Source: Flammeovirgaceae bacterium
Lineage (GTDB): Bacteria; Bacteroidota; Bacteroidia; Cytophagales; Cyclobacteriaceae
DNA length: 39,277 bases
Direction of reading: 5' to 3'
NCBI GenBank assembly: GCA_003229495.1
Contig: QIEB01000489.1
Location: forward strand, 1 to 39,277
The position numbers and the translations under genes were made by a program. Shown piece after piece: positions 1 to 9,810 of the stretch (positions are counted from its first letter, which is position 1; each line of letters begins with the position of its first letter). The notes under the pieces were generated by a model. It made no database searches, had not been told where the DNA came from, and saw nothing but the letters and a program-made list of their open reading frames with translations.

Positions 1-216
1 GAAATCAACAAATTCCGCAATAAAATGAGGAAAGCTCATTTAAAAAGTATTGAAAAAAAAGAGTATTCTTTGAAAAGTGGAATTACTTACAATGAAATTT
101 TTTTACTTCTGGAGCGTGCTGCCAATCACGTTTTGAATGTTACCAGAGCCATAACAGGAGAAGTAAGCAAAGATGACGAAGACGAATCGATGCCCCATGC
201 CGCTATGGATAGATAA
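1..216 (+). CDS. Na/Pi cotransporter family protein, C-terminal PhoU-like end (5' truncated by window)
   Basis: Frame is open from base 1: EINKFRNKMRKAHLKSIEKKEYSLKSGITYNEIFLLLERAANHVLNVTRAI, which resembles the last PhoU-like repeat of Bacteroidota NptA-type cotransporters. Recognised by eye. Confidence 0.7.
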   Translation, partial: EINKFRNKMRKAHLKSIEKKEYSLKSGITYNEIFLLLERAANHVLNVTRAITGEVSKDDEDESMPHAAMDR

Positions 217-357
217 ACCGGTCAATCACTATTTTTTCAGGTAAGAATCTAAAAAACTCCCGCAATAGGGACTGCTATTTTTTATGGCCATGAAATTTTT
301 TTGTTTCGTATGCATTAATAAGTATATTAATCGGTTACCACTTAAACCTACCTTCTG

Positions 358-2130
358 TTGGAATTGCCTGCCCTGGCGGTAATCGCCATAATCATTGTAA
401 TGATCTTCTGTTTTATAACAGAAGTGATCCCTATTGACACCACCGCACTATTGGTAATGACGGTGTTGATTTCCACCGGCCTGGTCACTCCGCTGGAAGG
501 AATTTCGGGTTTTGCCAATGAAGCCACCATTACCATTTTGGCTCTTTTTATTATCGGGGCCGGCCTTGACAACTCTGGAGCAATCAATTATCTGGGTAAA
601 AAACTACAGCGGTTTTTTCTAAATGATGAATGGCTGGTAATAGCTATGGTCATGCTGCTAGTGGGTTTCCTATCTGCTTTCATGAATAATACTGCCATTG
701 TTGTGGTATTTATGCCCATACTTCTAAGAATCTCAAGAGTGACAAACTTAAGCTCAAATCGCCTGCTAATGACACTTTCATTTGCGGCCATGATGGGTGG
801 GGCTACCACAGTGATAGGTACTTCTACCAATTTACTGGTAAGCAGTTTAGCCTCTCAAAGTGGGATTGAAGAATTTAAGATCTTTGAATTCACTGGCTTG
901 GGGGTGTTGCTCTTTTTGGGGTTTTTCATATTCATGCTGACCATTGGGCGCTTTTTAATCCCCATAAGGAAACCTTCTACATTATCCAGCACTTATCAAC
1001 TGAAAGACTTTGTGACAGAATTTGTGGTGCCTGAGGCCTCTCCTTTAGTTGGGAAAACGCTGCGAAGTCTACCTTTTTTTAACGATCCTGATGTAACGGT
1101 AATTGAAGTAATAAGGGAGGGTAAAACCCTATGGTTACCTCGAGGTAACGAAATAATGCTGGCACATGATACCATTCTTATCAAAGGAGGTGTGGATGAT
1201 ATCGTCAATATCAAGTCCTTGCAAGGGCTCACTTTTCCTGAAGACTTCAGCCAGATTGACCGTGACCTGGAAAGTGGAGAGCTGGTACTGGCAGAAGTAA
1301 TGGTACTGCCAAGTTCAAAAATTGTTGGCCGTAAAATGAAGCGGATCGCTTTCAATGAGATATACAACGCCGTACCTCTGGCAGTTAAGAAAAAGGGAGG
1401 AGTATATTCAGGTAAACAGGCTAACTACAGGCCTGAAATAGGTGACACCATACTTTTAGAGACACAAAAAAATAATTTGGGCTTTCTAAATAACCATCAG
1501 GACCTTGGAGTGTTATATGAGCATAGCAGACAAATATTTGATAGCCGGAAGATAATTTTTTCCTTTCTGGTAGTAGTATTGGTGGTGCTATTGGCTGCGC
1601 TGGATCTGGTACCCATACTAACCAGTAGTTTGATAGGCTGCGTTCTCATGTTACTTTCGAAAAATGTGAGTTTGCAAAAAGCTTATCAGTTTGTTGAATG
1701 GAAGATAATTTTTCTATTGGCAGGACTTCTGCCGCTAGGTATTGCCATTCATAATACCGGCTTGGATCGTATTGTTGGGGATTTGATTTACAATCTCACC
1801 GAAGACTGGCCCGTTCAGCTGACAATTTCATTTCTATTTCTAATCACGGTATTGTTAACCAGTGTAATCTCCAATCAAGCTACCGCCATTCTGCTGGTAC
1901 CAGTGGCCATATCTTTGGCTACGGACATGGGTATGGCCCCCAAACCATTCCTGCTAACCGTCCTTTTTGCAGCAAGTACCTCATTCATAACTCCTATTGG
2001 GTATCAAACTAATCTATTGATATACGGTGCCGGCAATTTTAAATTTACGGACTTTGTTAAAGTGGGAGGTATATTGACATTGCTTATTTGGTTGCTGGCA
2101 TCATTTCTAATACCCCTATTTTACTTCTAA
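358..2130 (+). CDS. SLC13/CitMHS-family permease with two TrkA-C (RCK_C) domains
   Basis: Hydrophobic N- and C-terminal halves with SAFMNNTA, TVIGTSTNL, TSVISNQA and FITPIGYQTN motifs, around a soluble centre with SPLVGKTL and SKIVGRKM TrkA-C repeats. TTG start. Confidence 0.9.
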   Translation: MELPALAVIAIIIVMIFCFITEVIPIDTTALLVMTVLISTGLVTPLEGISGFANEATITILALFIIGAGLDNSGAINYLGKKLQRFFLNDEWLVIAMVMLLVGFLSAFMNNTAIVVVFMPILLRISRVTNLSSNRLLMTLSFAAMMGGATTVIGTSTNLLVSSLASQSGIEEFKIFEFTGLGVLLFLGFFIFMLTIGRFLIPIRKPSTLSSTYQLKDFVTEFVVPEASPLVGKTLRSLPFFNDPDVTVIEVIREGKTLWLPRGNEIMLAHDTILIKGGVDDIVNIKSLQGLTFPEDFSQIDRDLESGELVLAEVMVLPSSKIVGRKMKRIAFNEIYNAVPLAVKKKGGVYSGKQANYRPEIGDTILLETQKNNLGFLNNHQDLGVLYEHSRQIFDSRKIIFSFLVVVLVVLLAALDLVPILTSSLIGCVLMLLSKNVSLQKAYQFVEWKIIFLLAGLLPLGIAIHNTGLDRIVGDLIYNLTEDWPVQLTISFLFLITVLLTSVISNQATAILLVPVAISLATDMGMAPKPFLLTVLFAASTSFITPIGYQTNLLIYGAGNFKFTDFVKVGGILTLLIWLLASFLIPLFYF

Positions 2131-3323
2131 CGGCTCAACTTGAGTTCGCTTACGGCTAACCAAGCCATCAACCCCGATCCTACCTCCAGCGCATCCTCAT
2201 CAATATCAAATGTGGTGGTATGCACCGGTGAGCATATACCTTTTGTTTCGTTTCTAACTCCCAGTCTATAAAAACAGGCATCTACTTTTTGAGAATAAAA
2301 TGCAAAGTCCTCTGCGGCCATCCAAATGTCTACATCCAGGACATTCTCCTTTCCAAGATACGCTTCTGCCTGCATCTTAGTCCGGTTGGTTAGCTCGGGG
2401 TGATTTTCCAAGTATGGGTAACCATGTAAGATGTTGACCTCGCAGCTACCACCCATTGCCTCGGCTGTGCCATTGGCAATTTTCCGGATCAATTGTTTGG
2501 CCTGGTCCCTCCATTTTTCGTCCATAGTACGGAAGGTACCCTCCAATTTTACTGTATTCGGAATTACATTGGTAGCGCCTTCAGCCATTATTCTTCCAAA
2601 GGATAATACCGATGGCATTGTTGGATCTGCATTCCGGCTGACCACTTGTTGCAAGGCCACGACCAGGTGGCTGGCAATTAAAACGGGGTCAATATTCAGA
2701 TTGGGCATCGCTCCATGGCCACCTTTACCCTTCACAGTGATGTATATCTCATCGGAGCTGGCCATGTATATCCCTTGCCTAAATCCAACCTTACCGGAAT
2801 CTATCAAAGGCATTACATGTTGTCCAATGATTTGATGCACTTCAGGATTCTGTAGCACACCATCTTTTATCATAAGAGTCGCACCTCCCGGGATCTTCTC
2901 CTCGCCGGGTTGGAATATTAGTTTAACAGTCCCTTCAAATGAGCCCTTTACTTTGTTGAGTATATTTGCCGTCCCCAAAAGACTTGAAGTATGGACGTCA
3001 TGCCCGCAGGCATGCATCACTCCTGGATTAGTAGATTTATAGGGCACCTCATTGGATTCTTCAATAGGTAAGGCATCCATGTCAGCCCGTAATGCCAGGG
3101 TCTTTTTCCCGGGATTTTGCCCATGGACATAGGCAACTACCCCAGTATCTGCCATCTTTATAGGCTCTAATCCGTAGGACCGCAGTTTTTCAGCTACAAA
3201 GGATGCCGTTTTTACTTCCTGGAATGACAACTCGGGGTGTGCGTGAAGGTGTCTGCGAAACCCAACCAGTTCACCAGCCTGCTCAGCCGCCTGCTCTTTG
3301 ATGGTTTCTTTTAAAACAGTCAT
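2127..3323 (-). CDS. M20 family (M20D/Acy1-like) amidohydrolase
   Basis: RRHLHAHPELSFQE, LRADMDALP, MHACGHD, FQPGEE and AEDF motifs. The start overlaps the SPOR gene stop (ATGA). Confidence 0.93.
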   Translation of the reverse strand: MTVLKETIKEQAAEQAGELVGFRRHLHAHPELSFQEVKTASFVAEKLRSYGLEPIKMADTGVVAYVHGQNPGKKTLALRADMDALPIEESNEVPYKSTNPGVMHACGHDVHTSSLLGTANILNKVKGSFEGTVKLIFQPGEEKIPGGATLMIKDGVLQNPEVHQIIGQHVMPLIDSGKVGFRQGIYMASSDEIYITVKGKGGHGAMPNLNIDPVLIASHLVVALQQVVSRNADPTMPSVLSFGRIMAEGATNVIPNTVKLEGTFRTMDEKWRDQAKQLIRKIANGTAEAMGGSCEVNILHGYPYLENHPELTNRTKMQAEAYLGKENVLDVDIWMAAEDFAFYSQKVDACFYRLGVRNETKGICSPVHTTTFDIDEDALEVGSGLMAWLAVSELKLSR

Positions 3324-3811
3324 CTCAACCTGATTTTGGAAGGTATTACGATGGCATCAGGAAACACTTTAAGTAACTCTGCATAGACATTTTGGGCTTC
3401 TAGTCTATCACCAAATTCTCCTATCCGGACTTTATATATAGGCTGCTCGTATTTTGTTTCCGGCCTGGATTTGGGTAAGGTCTTATATACTTGCGCCTTA
3501 GCTTGTGAAGCCTGTTCACGACTGGTACCCGAATATACTTGAATGGTAAACCCTGGTGCGGTTCTGGATGTACTATTATAGCTGGTAATGTCTCTTAACT
3601 TGTTATCAATTTCAACCGTTTGGTCATGGCCGGGGGTCACATCCTCTATCTTTTCTTCTATTGGGTCCTCCTCTGCATCATCGACCACTATCCGAGGTCT
3701 TTGGGAGGAAAGGTCTTCGTTGTAACTAGTGTTAGAGGTAGAAGGAGATAATAGTGAGCACCCCGCAATACCTATAAAAACAACCATCCAAAAGTATCTC
3801 AACAAATTCAT
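3320..3811 (-). CDS. SPOR-domain lipoprotein
   Basis: Start moved to the ATG at 3811 (MNLLRYFWMVVFIGIAGC, lipobox IAG-C). C-terminal GFTIQVYSG...YKVRIGEF...FPDAIVIP is a SPOR signature. Confidence 0.85.
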   Translation of the reverse strand: MNLLRYFWMVVFIGIAGCSLLSPSTSNTSYNEDLSSQRPRIVVDDAEEDPIEEKIEDVTPGHDQTVEIDNKLRDITSYNSTSRTAPGFTIQVYSGTSREQASQAKAQVYKTLPKSRPETKYEQPIYKVRIGEFGDRLEAQNVYAELLKVFPDAIVIPSKIRLR

Positions 3812-3819
3812 TTCACCCT

Positions 3820-6800
3820 TCAATCCTCTAAAAGAACACATCTGTTATTTACTATATCGTCTTCCACGGTTTTGAACTTAACGTCTTTCTTTACATTACC
3901 ATCTACGTATTGTACAGAAACCCTTTGATTCCGTCCGGCTACCTTGGTAGATTTCACTGGCATAGTTTTTTCTGCTGGTGGCCTGTTTCTGGTATCCGGA
4001 CCGCGGCCACTTAATAAAGATTCACTAACTGCTTTTGACTCTTGCAATCTTTGTCTGGTTCTTGGCTCTCTAGCCTCCTGAACTTCATTGGATTCCTGCA
4101 CCGGAAGATCGGCGTGCATTAAAAATGTATTTGTGTCTTCATTTACTTTAGCAATAAACCTTTTAAACAGCTCAAAAGCCTCAAATTTATAAATAAGTAA
4201 CGGATCCTTTTGTTCATAAACAGCGTTTTGCACAGATTGCTTCAGATCGTCCATCTCACGCAAATGTTCTTTCCAAGCCTGGTCGATAAAGGCCAGGATT
4301 ACCATTTTCTCCATGGAAATGATCAATTCCTTACAATTGGTATTTAGGTTCTGCTCCAGGTTGGTGACTACTCCGATCTGCTTTTTCCTATCCGTAAAAG
4401 GGACCATAATATTGTCCACTGTGGCACCACGTTCTTTTTGAATGCTTTGAAAAATAGGATATGCCTTTTCACTAATAGCATTATTCTTTTGCCGATAGTG
4501 ATCATAAGCAGTTTCATATAGTTGCTCCGAGAGCACCGCAAAATCGATCTTGAGAAAATCTTCTTTACTGATTTGATAGTCAAGGGCCAGTATCCCCAAG
4601 ACATTCAATTTGAAGCCGTCATAGTCCTCCGCATCTTTGGTGTTCAGCACCACATCCTCACAGGTATCATAAATCATATTCATGATATCGAGCTGCAAAC
4701 GGTCGCCAAAAAGAGCGTTTCTTCTCCTTCTATAGATCACTTCACGCTGTGAATTCATCACATCGTCATACTCCAGCAACCGTTTTCTTATAGCGAAATT
4801 ATTTTCTTCTACCTTCTTCTGTGCACGTTCAATGGATTTAGAAATCATGCTGTGCTGGATTACCTCCCCTTCTTCTAAACCCATGCGGTCCATTAGCTTG
4901 GCGATCCTATCTGATCCGAACAAACGCATAAGATTGTCCTCCAACGAGACAAAGAACTGTGAACTTCCAGGGTCTCCCTGCCTACCGGACCTTCCTCTTA
5001 ACTGACGATCAACCCGGCGACTTTCGTGGCGCTCTGTTCCTATGATCGCCAGACCACCGGCCTCTCTGGATTCCTTTGCTAATTTTATATCAGTACCTCG
5101 CCCAGCCATGTTAGTAGCGATGGTAACATTACCTGAATGACCTGCACTAGCTACTACTTCGGCTTCTCGCTGGTGCTGTTTGGCATTAAGTACCTGGTGT
5201 TCAATATTACGCATGCTGAGCATTCTGCTAAGCAACTCAGATATTTCAACAGAAGTGGTACCTACCAGTACCGGCCTTCCCTCACGGGTAAGCTCATGAA
5301 TCTCCGCGGCTACAGCGTTGTACTTCTCGCGTACAGTTTTGTATACTTTATCATGGCGGTCGTCCCTAATTACAGGTTCATTGGTAGGTATCACCACTAC
5401 ATCGAGCTTATAGATCTCCCAAAACTCTCCGGCTTCGGTTTCGGCGGTACCGGTCATTCCGGCCAACTTGTGGTACATCCGGAAATAATTCTGTAGAGTA
5501 ATGGTGGCATAGGTTTGCGTGGCATCCTCAACTTTTACGTTTTCTTTGGCCTCAATGGCCTGGTGTAATCCATCGGAATAACGCCGTCCTTCCATTACCC
5601 GCCCAGTTTGCTCATCCACGATCTTAATCTTCCCATCTACCAGAATGTACTCCACGTCTTTTTCAAACAGAGTATAGGCTTTGAGTAATTGGTTAGTGGA
5701 ATGAATCCGTTGCGCTTTCTCGGAATAATCCCTGATAAGGTTATCCTTTTTTATCAAAAGGTCCTTTTCCTTAAGACTTTCATCGTTTTCCAAAGCAGCA
5801 ATTTCTTCACCAATGTCTGGAAGAATAAAGAATTTTGGATCTTCACCCTCCCCAGTAATAAGATCAATACCCCGTTCTGTTAACTCAATATTGTTGTTTT
5901 TCTCATCAATGGTGAAATAAAGCGGCTCATCGGCTTCAGGCATCATTTTTTGATTATCCTGAAGATAATAGTTTTCTGTTTTCTGCAGGATCTGGCGCAT
6001 ACCTGTCTCGCTGAGGTATTTTATTAGCGGTTTGTGTTTTGGTAAACCACGGTACACCCTGAATAAAGGCAGTCCTCCATCCTTCTCACCGTCGGAAGCT
6101 ATCAACTTCTTAGCCTCCAGCAGGTATTGTGCCGCCAGTTTTTTCTGTGCATCGACCAACTTGGCTATTCGTGGCTTCAAGTCATAAAATTCATGCTCAT
6201 CTCCCTTCGGGATGGGGCCTGAAATTATCAGCGGAGTCCTGGCATCATCGATCAGCACCGAGTCCACCTCATCGATCATGGTAAAATGATGCTTACGCTG
6301 TACCAGTTCCTTCGGGTCACGAGCCATATTGTCCCTTAGGTAGTCAAATCCAAACTCGTTATTGGTGCCGTAAGTTATATGTGCCTGGTATGCTTTCCTT
6401 CTTTCCTCTGAATTAGGTTGGTGCTTGTCAATGCAATCTACGGAGAGTCCATGGAACTGAAAGATTGGCGCCATCCACTCACTATCCCTGGTAGCCAAAT
6501 AATTATTTACGGTAACGATGTGCACACCCCTGTCAGTCAGTGCATTTAAGAATGCTGGGAGTGTGGCCACCAGGGTTTTACCTTCACCCGTTCCCATCTC
6601 GGCAATCGTTCCCTGATGTAAGACAATGCCACCAATGAGCTGCACATCATAATGTAGCATGTCCCATATAATTTCGCTCCCACCGGCAATCCATTTGTTA
6701 TGCCAAATAGCCTGTGATCCCTGAATCTCAACATTATCAACATTAGAAGCCAGCGCTTTATCTTCAATGGTGGCAGTTACTGTCAGTGTATGGTTATCTT

Positions 6801-7179
6801 TAAATCTTCGGGCGGTTTCCTTTACCACGGCAAAGGCTTGAGGTAATACTTCCATCAGCACCTCTTCCAAGGACTCGTTTCGATCTTCCTCCATGGCATC
6901 TATCCCTTTGAATACCTCCTCCTTTTCATGGATATCCATATCAGGATTATCTGTAACCTGCTTGTTCAATGCTACAATTCCTGCATCAATTTCGGCAAGG
7001 GCTGCGGTGATGGTTTCTCTTATTTTCCTGGTTTCATTCCGTAGATCATCATCGCTTATATTTTCAAAGGACTGGTAAATCTCATTGATCTGTCCTACAT
7101 AGGGTAGGACCTTCTTAATATCTTTATCTGATTTGGTTCCAAAGATCCTGGCAAATCCTTTGCTGACTAAATCTAACAT
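3820..7179 (-). CDS. secA: Preprotein translocase ATPase SecA
   Basis: AEMGTGEGKT, DEVDSVLIDDART, IATNMAGRGTDI and QLRGRSGRQGDPG motifs. Likely start is the ATG at 7179 (MLDLVSKGFARIFG). Confidence 0.98.
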   Translation of the reverse strand: MLDLVSKGFARIFGTKSDKDIKKVLPYVGQINEIYQSFENISDDDLRNETRKIRETITAALAEIDAGIVALNKQVTDNPDMDIHEKEEVFKGIDAMEEDRNESLEEVLMEVLPQAFAVVKETARRFKDNHTLTVTATIEDKALASNVDNVEIQGSQAIWHNKWIAGGSEIIWDMLHYDVQLIGGIVLHQGTIAEMGTGEGKTLVATLPAFLNALTDRGVHIVTVNNYLATRDSEWMAPIFQFHGLSVDCIDKHQPNSEERRKAYQAHITYGTNNEFGFDYLRDNMARDPKELVQRKHHFTMIDEVDSVLIDDARTPLIISGPIPKGDEHEFYDLKPRIAKLVDAQKKLAAQYLLEAKKLIASDGEKDGGLPLFRVYRGLPKHKPLIKYLSETGMRQILQKTENYYLQDNQKMMPEADEPLYFTIDEKNNNIELTERGIDLITGEGEDPKFFILPDIGEEIAALENDESLKEKDLLIKKDNLIRDYSEKAQRIHSTNQLLKAYTLFEKDVEYILVDGKIKIVDEQTGRVMEGRRYSDGLHQAIEAKENVKVEDATQTYATITLQNYFRMYHKLAGMTGTAETEAGEFWEIYKLDVVVIPTNEPVIRDDRHDKVYKTVREKYNAVAAEIHELTREGRPVLVGTTSVEISELLSRMLSMRNIEHQVLNAKQHQREAEVVASAGHSGNVTIATNMAGRGTDIKLAKESREAGGLAIIGTERHESRRVDRQLRGRSGRQGDPGSSQFFVSLEDNLMRLFGSDRIAKLMDRMGLEEGEVIQHSMISKSIERAQKKVEENNFAIRKRLLEYDDVMNSQREVIYRRRRNALFGDRLQLDIMNMIYDTCEDVVLNTKDAEDYDGFKLNVLGILALDYQISKEDFLKIDFAVLSEQLYETAYDHYRQKNNAISEKAYPIFQSIQKERGATVDNIMVPFTDRKKQIGVVTNLEQNLNTNCKELIISMEKMVILAFIDQAWKEHLREMDDLKQSVQNAVYEQKDPLLIYKFEAFELFKRFIAKVNEDTNTFLMHADLPVQESNEVQEAREPRTRQRLQESKAVSESLLSGRGPDTRNRPPAEKTMPVKSTKVAGRNQRVSVQYVDGNVKKDVKFKTVEDDIVNNRCVLLED

Positions 7180-7300
7180 GGTAAAAAATGTTAATTCCTT
7201 AAATTTAACCGGATTTTTATGTAATACTGAAAGAGGCACACAAAAACTGTACTACGGTAGATACAATATGTCAAAATGGCGGAATTCATCAGATGGTGTA

Positions 7301-8074
7301 TTAAAAATCAAGTACCCCTTCAAACACCTTTTCTGCTGGGCCACTCAAATACACCTCCCTGTAACATCCATCTGAATGCCTGTCAAATGAGACTTGTAGC
7401 TTTCCTCCCGCCGTTTTAATGTCCACAGGGCTTTCAAAACCCCTGTCGCCCATCACCAAAGCAACAGCGGTCACACCGGTTCCACATGACATAGTTTCGT
7501 CTTCAACGCCTCTTTCATAAGTGCGAACCACAATCTCGCCGGCTTGAGGTTCTACAAAATTAACATTAGTACCCTGGGGCTGATACTTTGGACTATTGCG
7601 AATGGTCCTCCCTTCATGAACTACATCCACCATAGACACTTTGGGAACCATTTTAACATGGTGCGGAGATCCTGTATTGATAAAATACTCTTCCCCTGTC
7701 TGGGAGAGGGCCTCAACATCCTGCATTTTAATAAATACACGGTCGCGTTCAATATGGCCCTCATGAGAGCCATCAACAGCAAGGAAAGTGCAAATATCGC
7801 CTACCAAGCCCAAAGAATTAGCAAATTTCACTGCACATCGACTCCCGTTTCCGCACAAACTCTGTGAACCATCAGGGTTGAAATACAACATTTCGAAATC
7901 ATACTCATCATGTTCTCTAATCAATATAACTCCGTCCGCCCCAATACCAAACTTTCTATTACACCACGAACTGATCAAATCAAGACGAGTCTCATCGAAT
8001 GATTGTTCCCTATCGTCAATCATTATGAAGTCATTCCCAGTACCCTGGTATTTGTGAAACTCTATTTGAGCCAT
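7301..8074 (-). CDS. dapF: Diaminopimelate epimerase
   Basis: FHKYQGTGNDF, GIGADG, CGNG, TGSPH and RTYERGVEDETMSCGTG with both catalytic Cys. Likely start is the ATG at 8074. Confidence 0.97.
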   Translation of the reverse strand: MAQIEFHKYQGTGNDFIMIDDREQSFDETRLDLISSWCNRKFGIGADGVILIREHDEYDFEMLYFNPDGSQSLCGNGSRCAVKFANSLGLVGDICTFLAVDGSHEGHIERDRVFIKMQDVEALSQTGEEYFINTGSPHHVKMVPKVSMVDVVHEGRTIRNSPKYQPQGTNVNFVEPQAGEIVVRTYERGVEDETMSCGTGVTAVALVMGDRGFESPVDIKTAGGKLQVSFDRHSDGCYREVYLSGPAEKVFEGVLDF

Positions 8075-8078
8075 AGCG

Positions 8079-8086
8079 CAAAGATA
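8079..8086 (-). promoter_or_regulatory. Bacteroidota sigma-A -7 box TATCTTTG for dapF
   Basis: Minus strand reads TTTTATCTTTG-CGCT-ATG, an exact TAnnTTTG 4 nt before the start codon. Confidence 0.7.
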
Positions 8087-8125
8087 AAATACCACCCGGT
8101 TATTAGGTGAAATTAGATGAGTTTT

Positions 8126-8434
8126 CTAGTCCGTTAGTGAATAATCAAACACTTGAACACGATCCCAGAGGTGCTCACAGGCTTCAATAAAACGAAGGTG
8201 CACTGTGTGGGTCTGATACACCTCATGATCATCCATGCTCTCGAAGATGGTTTGATAGGAAAATGCAAAACTGTGGTCCACCACCTCCCTGAGTGGCGTA
8301 GATGCTGGAATGCCAATGTGACCTGATTTTATGGTCTCAATAGTTAGTAGATTTTCCAATCCCTTCTTCAATTGATCCCGGGCATCACTGCTTTGAGGGT
8401 CTTTTAACCAGAAATAAACCTGATGAATTATCAT
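8126..8434 (-). CDS. Dabb / stress-responsive A/B barrel protein
   Basis: MIIHQVYFWLK...F.S...HEVYQTHTVHLRF...VQVFDY fits the Dabb family pattern. 102 aa. Confidence 0.85.
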   Translation of the reverse strand: MIIHQVYFWLKDPQSSDARDQLKKGLENLLTIETIKSGHIGIPASTPLREVVDHSFAFSYQTIFESMDDHEVYQTHTVHLRFIEACEHLWDRVQVFDYSLTD

Positions 8435-8485
8435 GTGTTAGAATTAACGATGGACGATTTTGAATGAACAATTAACATTCCCAAA

Positions 8486-8514
8486 TTCGAATGTTCTATT
8501 GTTCTATTGTTCCC
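8486..8514. repeat. Degenerate 8-mer tandem array (TTCnnnTG)
   Basis: TTCGAATG TTCTATTG TTCTATTG TTCCC, the same unit type as 9064-9132. Confidence 0.6.
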
Positions 8515-8516
8515 AC

Positions 8517-8548
8517 AAAAAAGGCCTGCTCTTATCGAACAGGCCTTT
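8517..8548 (-). terminator. Rho-independent terminator after rplS
   Basis: Minus strand AAAGGCCTG-TTCGATAAGAG-CAGGCC-TTTTTT, about 20 nt after the rplS stop. Confidence 0.85.
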
Positions 8549-8569
8549 GATCTATAATAAATATTTAAC

Positions 8570-8923
8570 CTAGATTTTCTCTTTAATTCTTGCGGCTTTT
8601 CCTTGTCTTCCCCTGAGGTAAAAGAGTCTGGCCCTTCTTACTTTTCCTTTTCTGATCAACTCAATTTGGTCAATATTTGGACTTAGAATGGGGAAAATAC
8701 GTTCAATTCCGATTCCGTTAGACACTTTCCTTACAGTAAAAGTTTCTCCGTTGGTATTGGAATTTTTCCGCTGAATCACAGTACCGCGAAACTGCTGTAC
8801 TCTTTCTTTGTTGCCCTCTCTGATCTTAACGTGCACATTTACTGTGTCACCAGCTTTAAAGTCAGGATGCTTGCTCCTTGCTTCTGCGTACTCACTTTCC
8901 ACCAATTTTATCAAATCACTCAT
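8570..8923 (-). CDS. rplS: 50S ribosomal protein L19
   Basis: [43 protein letters not shown] and [10 protein letters not shown] motifs. ATG at 8923. Confidence 0.98.
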   Translation of the reverse strand: MSDLIKLVESEYAEARSKHPDFKAGDTVNVHVKIREGNKERVQQFRGTVIQRKNSNTNGETFTVRKVSNGIGIERIFPILSPNIDQIELIRKGKVRRARLFYLRGRQGKAARIKEKI

Positions 8924-8948
8924 GTCACTAGCTTTCAAAAACGGACTG

Positions 8949-8956
8949 CAAATATA
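8949..8956 (-). promoter_or_regulatory. -7 promoter box TATATTTG for rplS
   Basis: Exact TAnnTTTG on the minus strand, 25 nt upstream of the rplS ATG. Confidence 0.7.
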
Positions 8957-8970
8957 GGCATATTCTTTTT

Positions 8971-9003
8971 GAATTATAAATTATGAGTTATGAATTATAA
9001 GTT
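8971..9003. repeat. 7-mer tandem array (RARTTAT)
   Basis: GAATTAT AAATTAT GAGTTAT GAATTAT AAGTT. A related array lies at 11766-11789. Confidence 0.7.
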
Positions 9004-9019
9004 AAGTTTGAGTTTGCAA

Positions 9020-9042
9020 GGCGAGTTCCTTCGGGAAACGCC
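9020..9042. repeat. REP-like GC-rich hairpin
   Basis: GGCG-AG-TTCC-TTCG-GGAA-A-CGCC, with AAGTTTG copies on both sides. Confidence 0.5.
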
Positions 9043-9063
9043 CAAGTTTGGTGCATTGTAGGC

Positions 9064-9132
9064 TTCTAATGTTCAATTGTTCCCTTGTTCTAATGTTCAA
9101 TTGTTCGCTTGTTCGCTTGTTCCCTTGTTCTC
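9064..9132. repeat. 8-mer tandem array (TTCnnnTG x8) overlapping the trmD 3' end
   Basis: TTCTAATG TTCAATTG TTCCCTTG TTCTAATG TTCAATTG TTCGCTTG TTCGCTTG TTCCCTTG TTCTC. Confidence 0.85.
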
Positions 9133-9798
9133 TTTATCCGGTCTTCGTTCCTGCGTGCGCTTTATGGATTGCTCGAAACGCCATTTCTCTATCTTCTTTT
9201 CATGGCCACTCAGTAATACTTCAGGTACCTCCATGCCCCTGAATCCGGCAGGGCGAGTGTAAACCGGAGGGGCCACCAAACCATCCTGAAAAGAATCCGA
9301 CAATGCACTGCTTTCATTGGACAGCACCCCTGGCAACAACCGGATCACGGCATCAGAAAGTACAGCAGCAGGCAGTTCACCGCCCGACAACACATAATCT
9401 CCAATGCTTATTTCACGGGTAACAAAATGTTCCCGCAGCCGTTCGTCTATGCCTTTATAATGACCGCAAATAATAATTATGTTTTCTAAAAGACTGAGTT
9501 CATTGGCTACACCTTGATGGAATGGCCTGCCATCAGGGCTCATATAGATGATTTCCTGATACTCCCGGTCCTTCTTTAAAAATTCAAGACAGTTCACTAC
9601 CGGTCCAATCATAAGTACCATGCCTGCTCCTCCACCATAAGCATAATCATCCACTGTCCGATGTTTATTCTCTGAGTAATCTCGAAGATCATGGATCTTT
9701 AGATCTACCAAACCCTTATCCTGTGCTCTTTGTACAATAGAATGGTGCAAAAAACTATCCAAAAGTGAGGGCAATACGGTGATGATATCAATACGCAT
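9097..9798 (-). CDS. trmD: tRNA (guanine-37-N1)-methyltransferase
   Basis: [23 protein letters not shown] and [13 protein letters not shown] motifs, in rimM-trmD-rplS synteny. Confidence 0.98.
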   Translation of the reverse strand: MRIDIITVLPSLLDSFLHHSIVQRAQDKGLVDLKIHDLRDYSENKHRTVDDYAYGGGAGMVLMIGPVVNCLEFLKKDREYQEIIYMSPDGRPFHQGVANELSLLENIIIICGHYKGIDERLREHFVTREISIGDYVLSGGELPAAVLSDAVIRLLPGVLSNESSALSDSFQDGLVAPPVYTRPAGFRGMEVPEVLLSGHEKKIEKWRFEQSIKRTQERRPDKENKGTSEQANN

Positions 9799-9810
9799 AA
9801 ATGTGGGAAT

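Noticed and set aside
251..284. Possible terminator after the Na/Pi cotransporter gene
   Set aside because: Only weak alternative 4-5 bp stems precede the T run.
3820..3960. SecA lacks the C-terminal CxC...CH zinc motif
   Set aside because: To my knowledge this zinc-free tail is common in Cytophagales and Flavobacteriales SecA.
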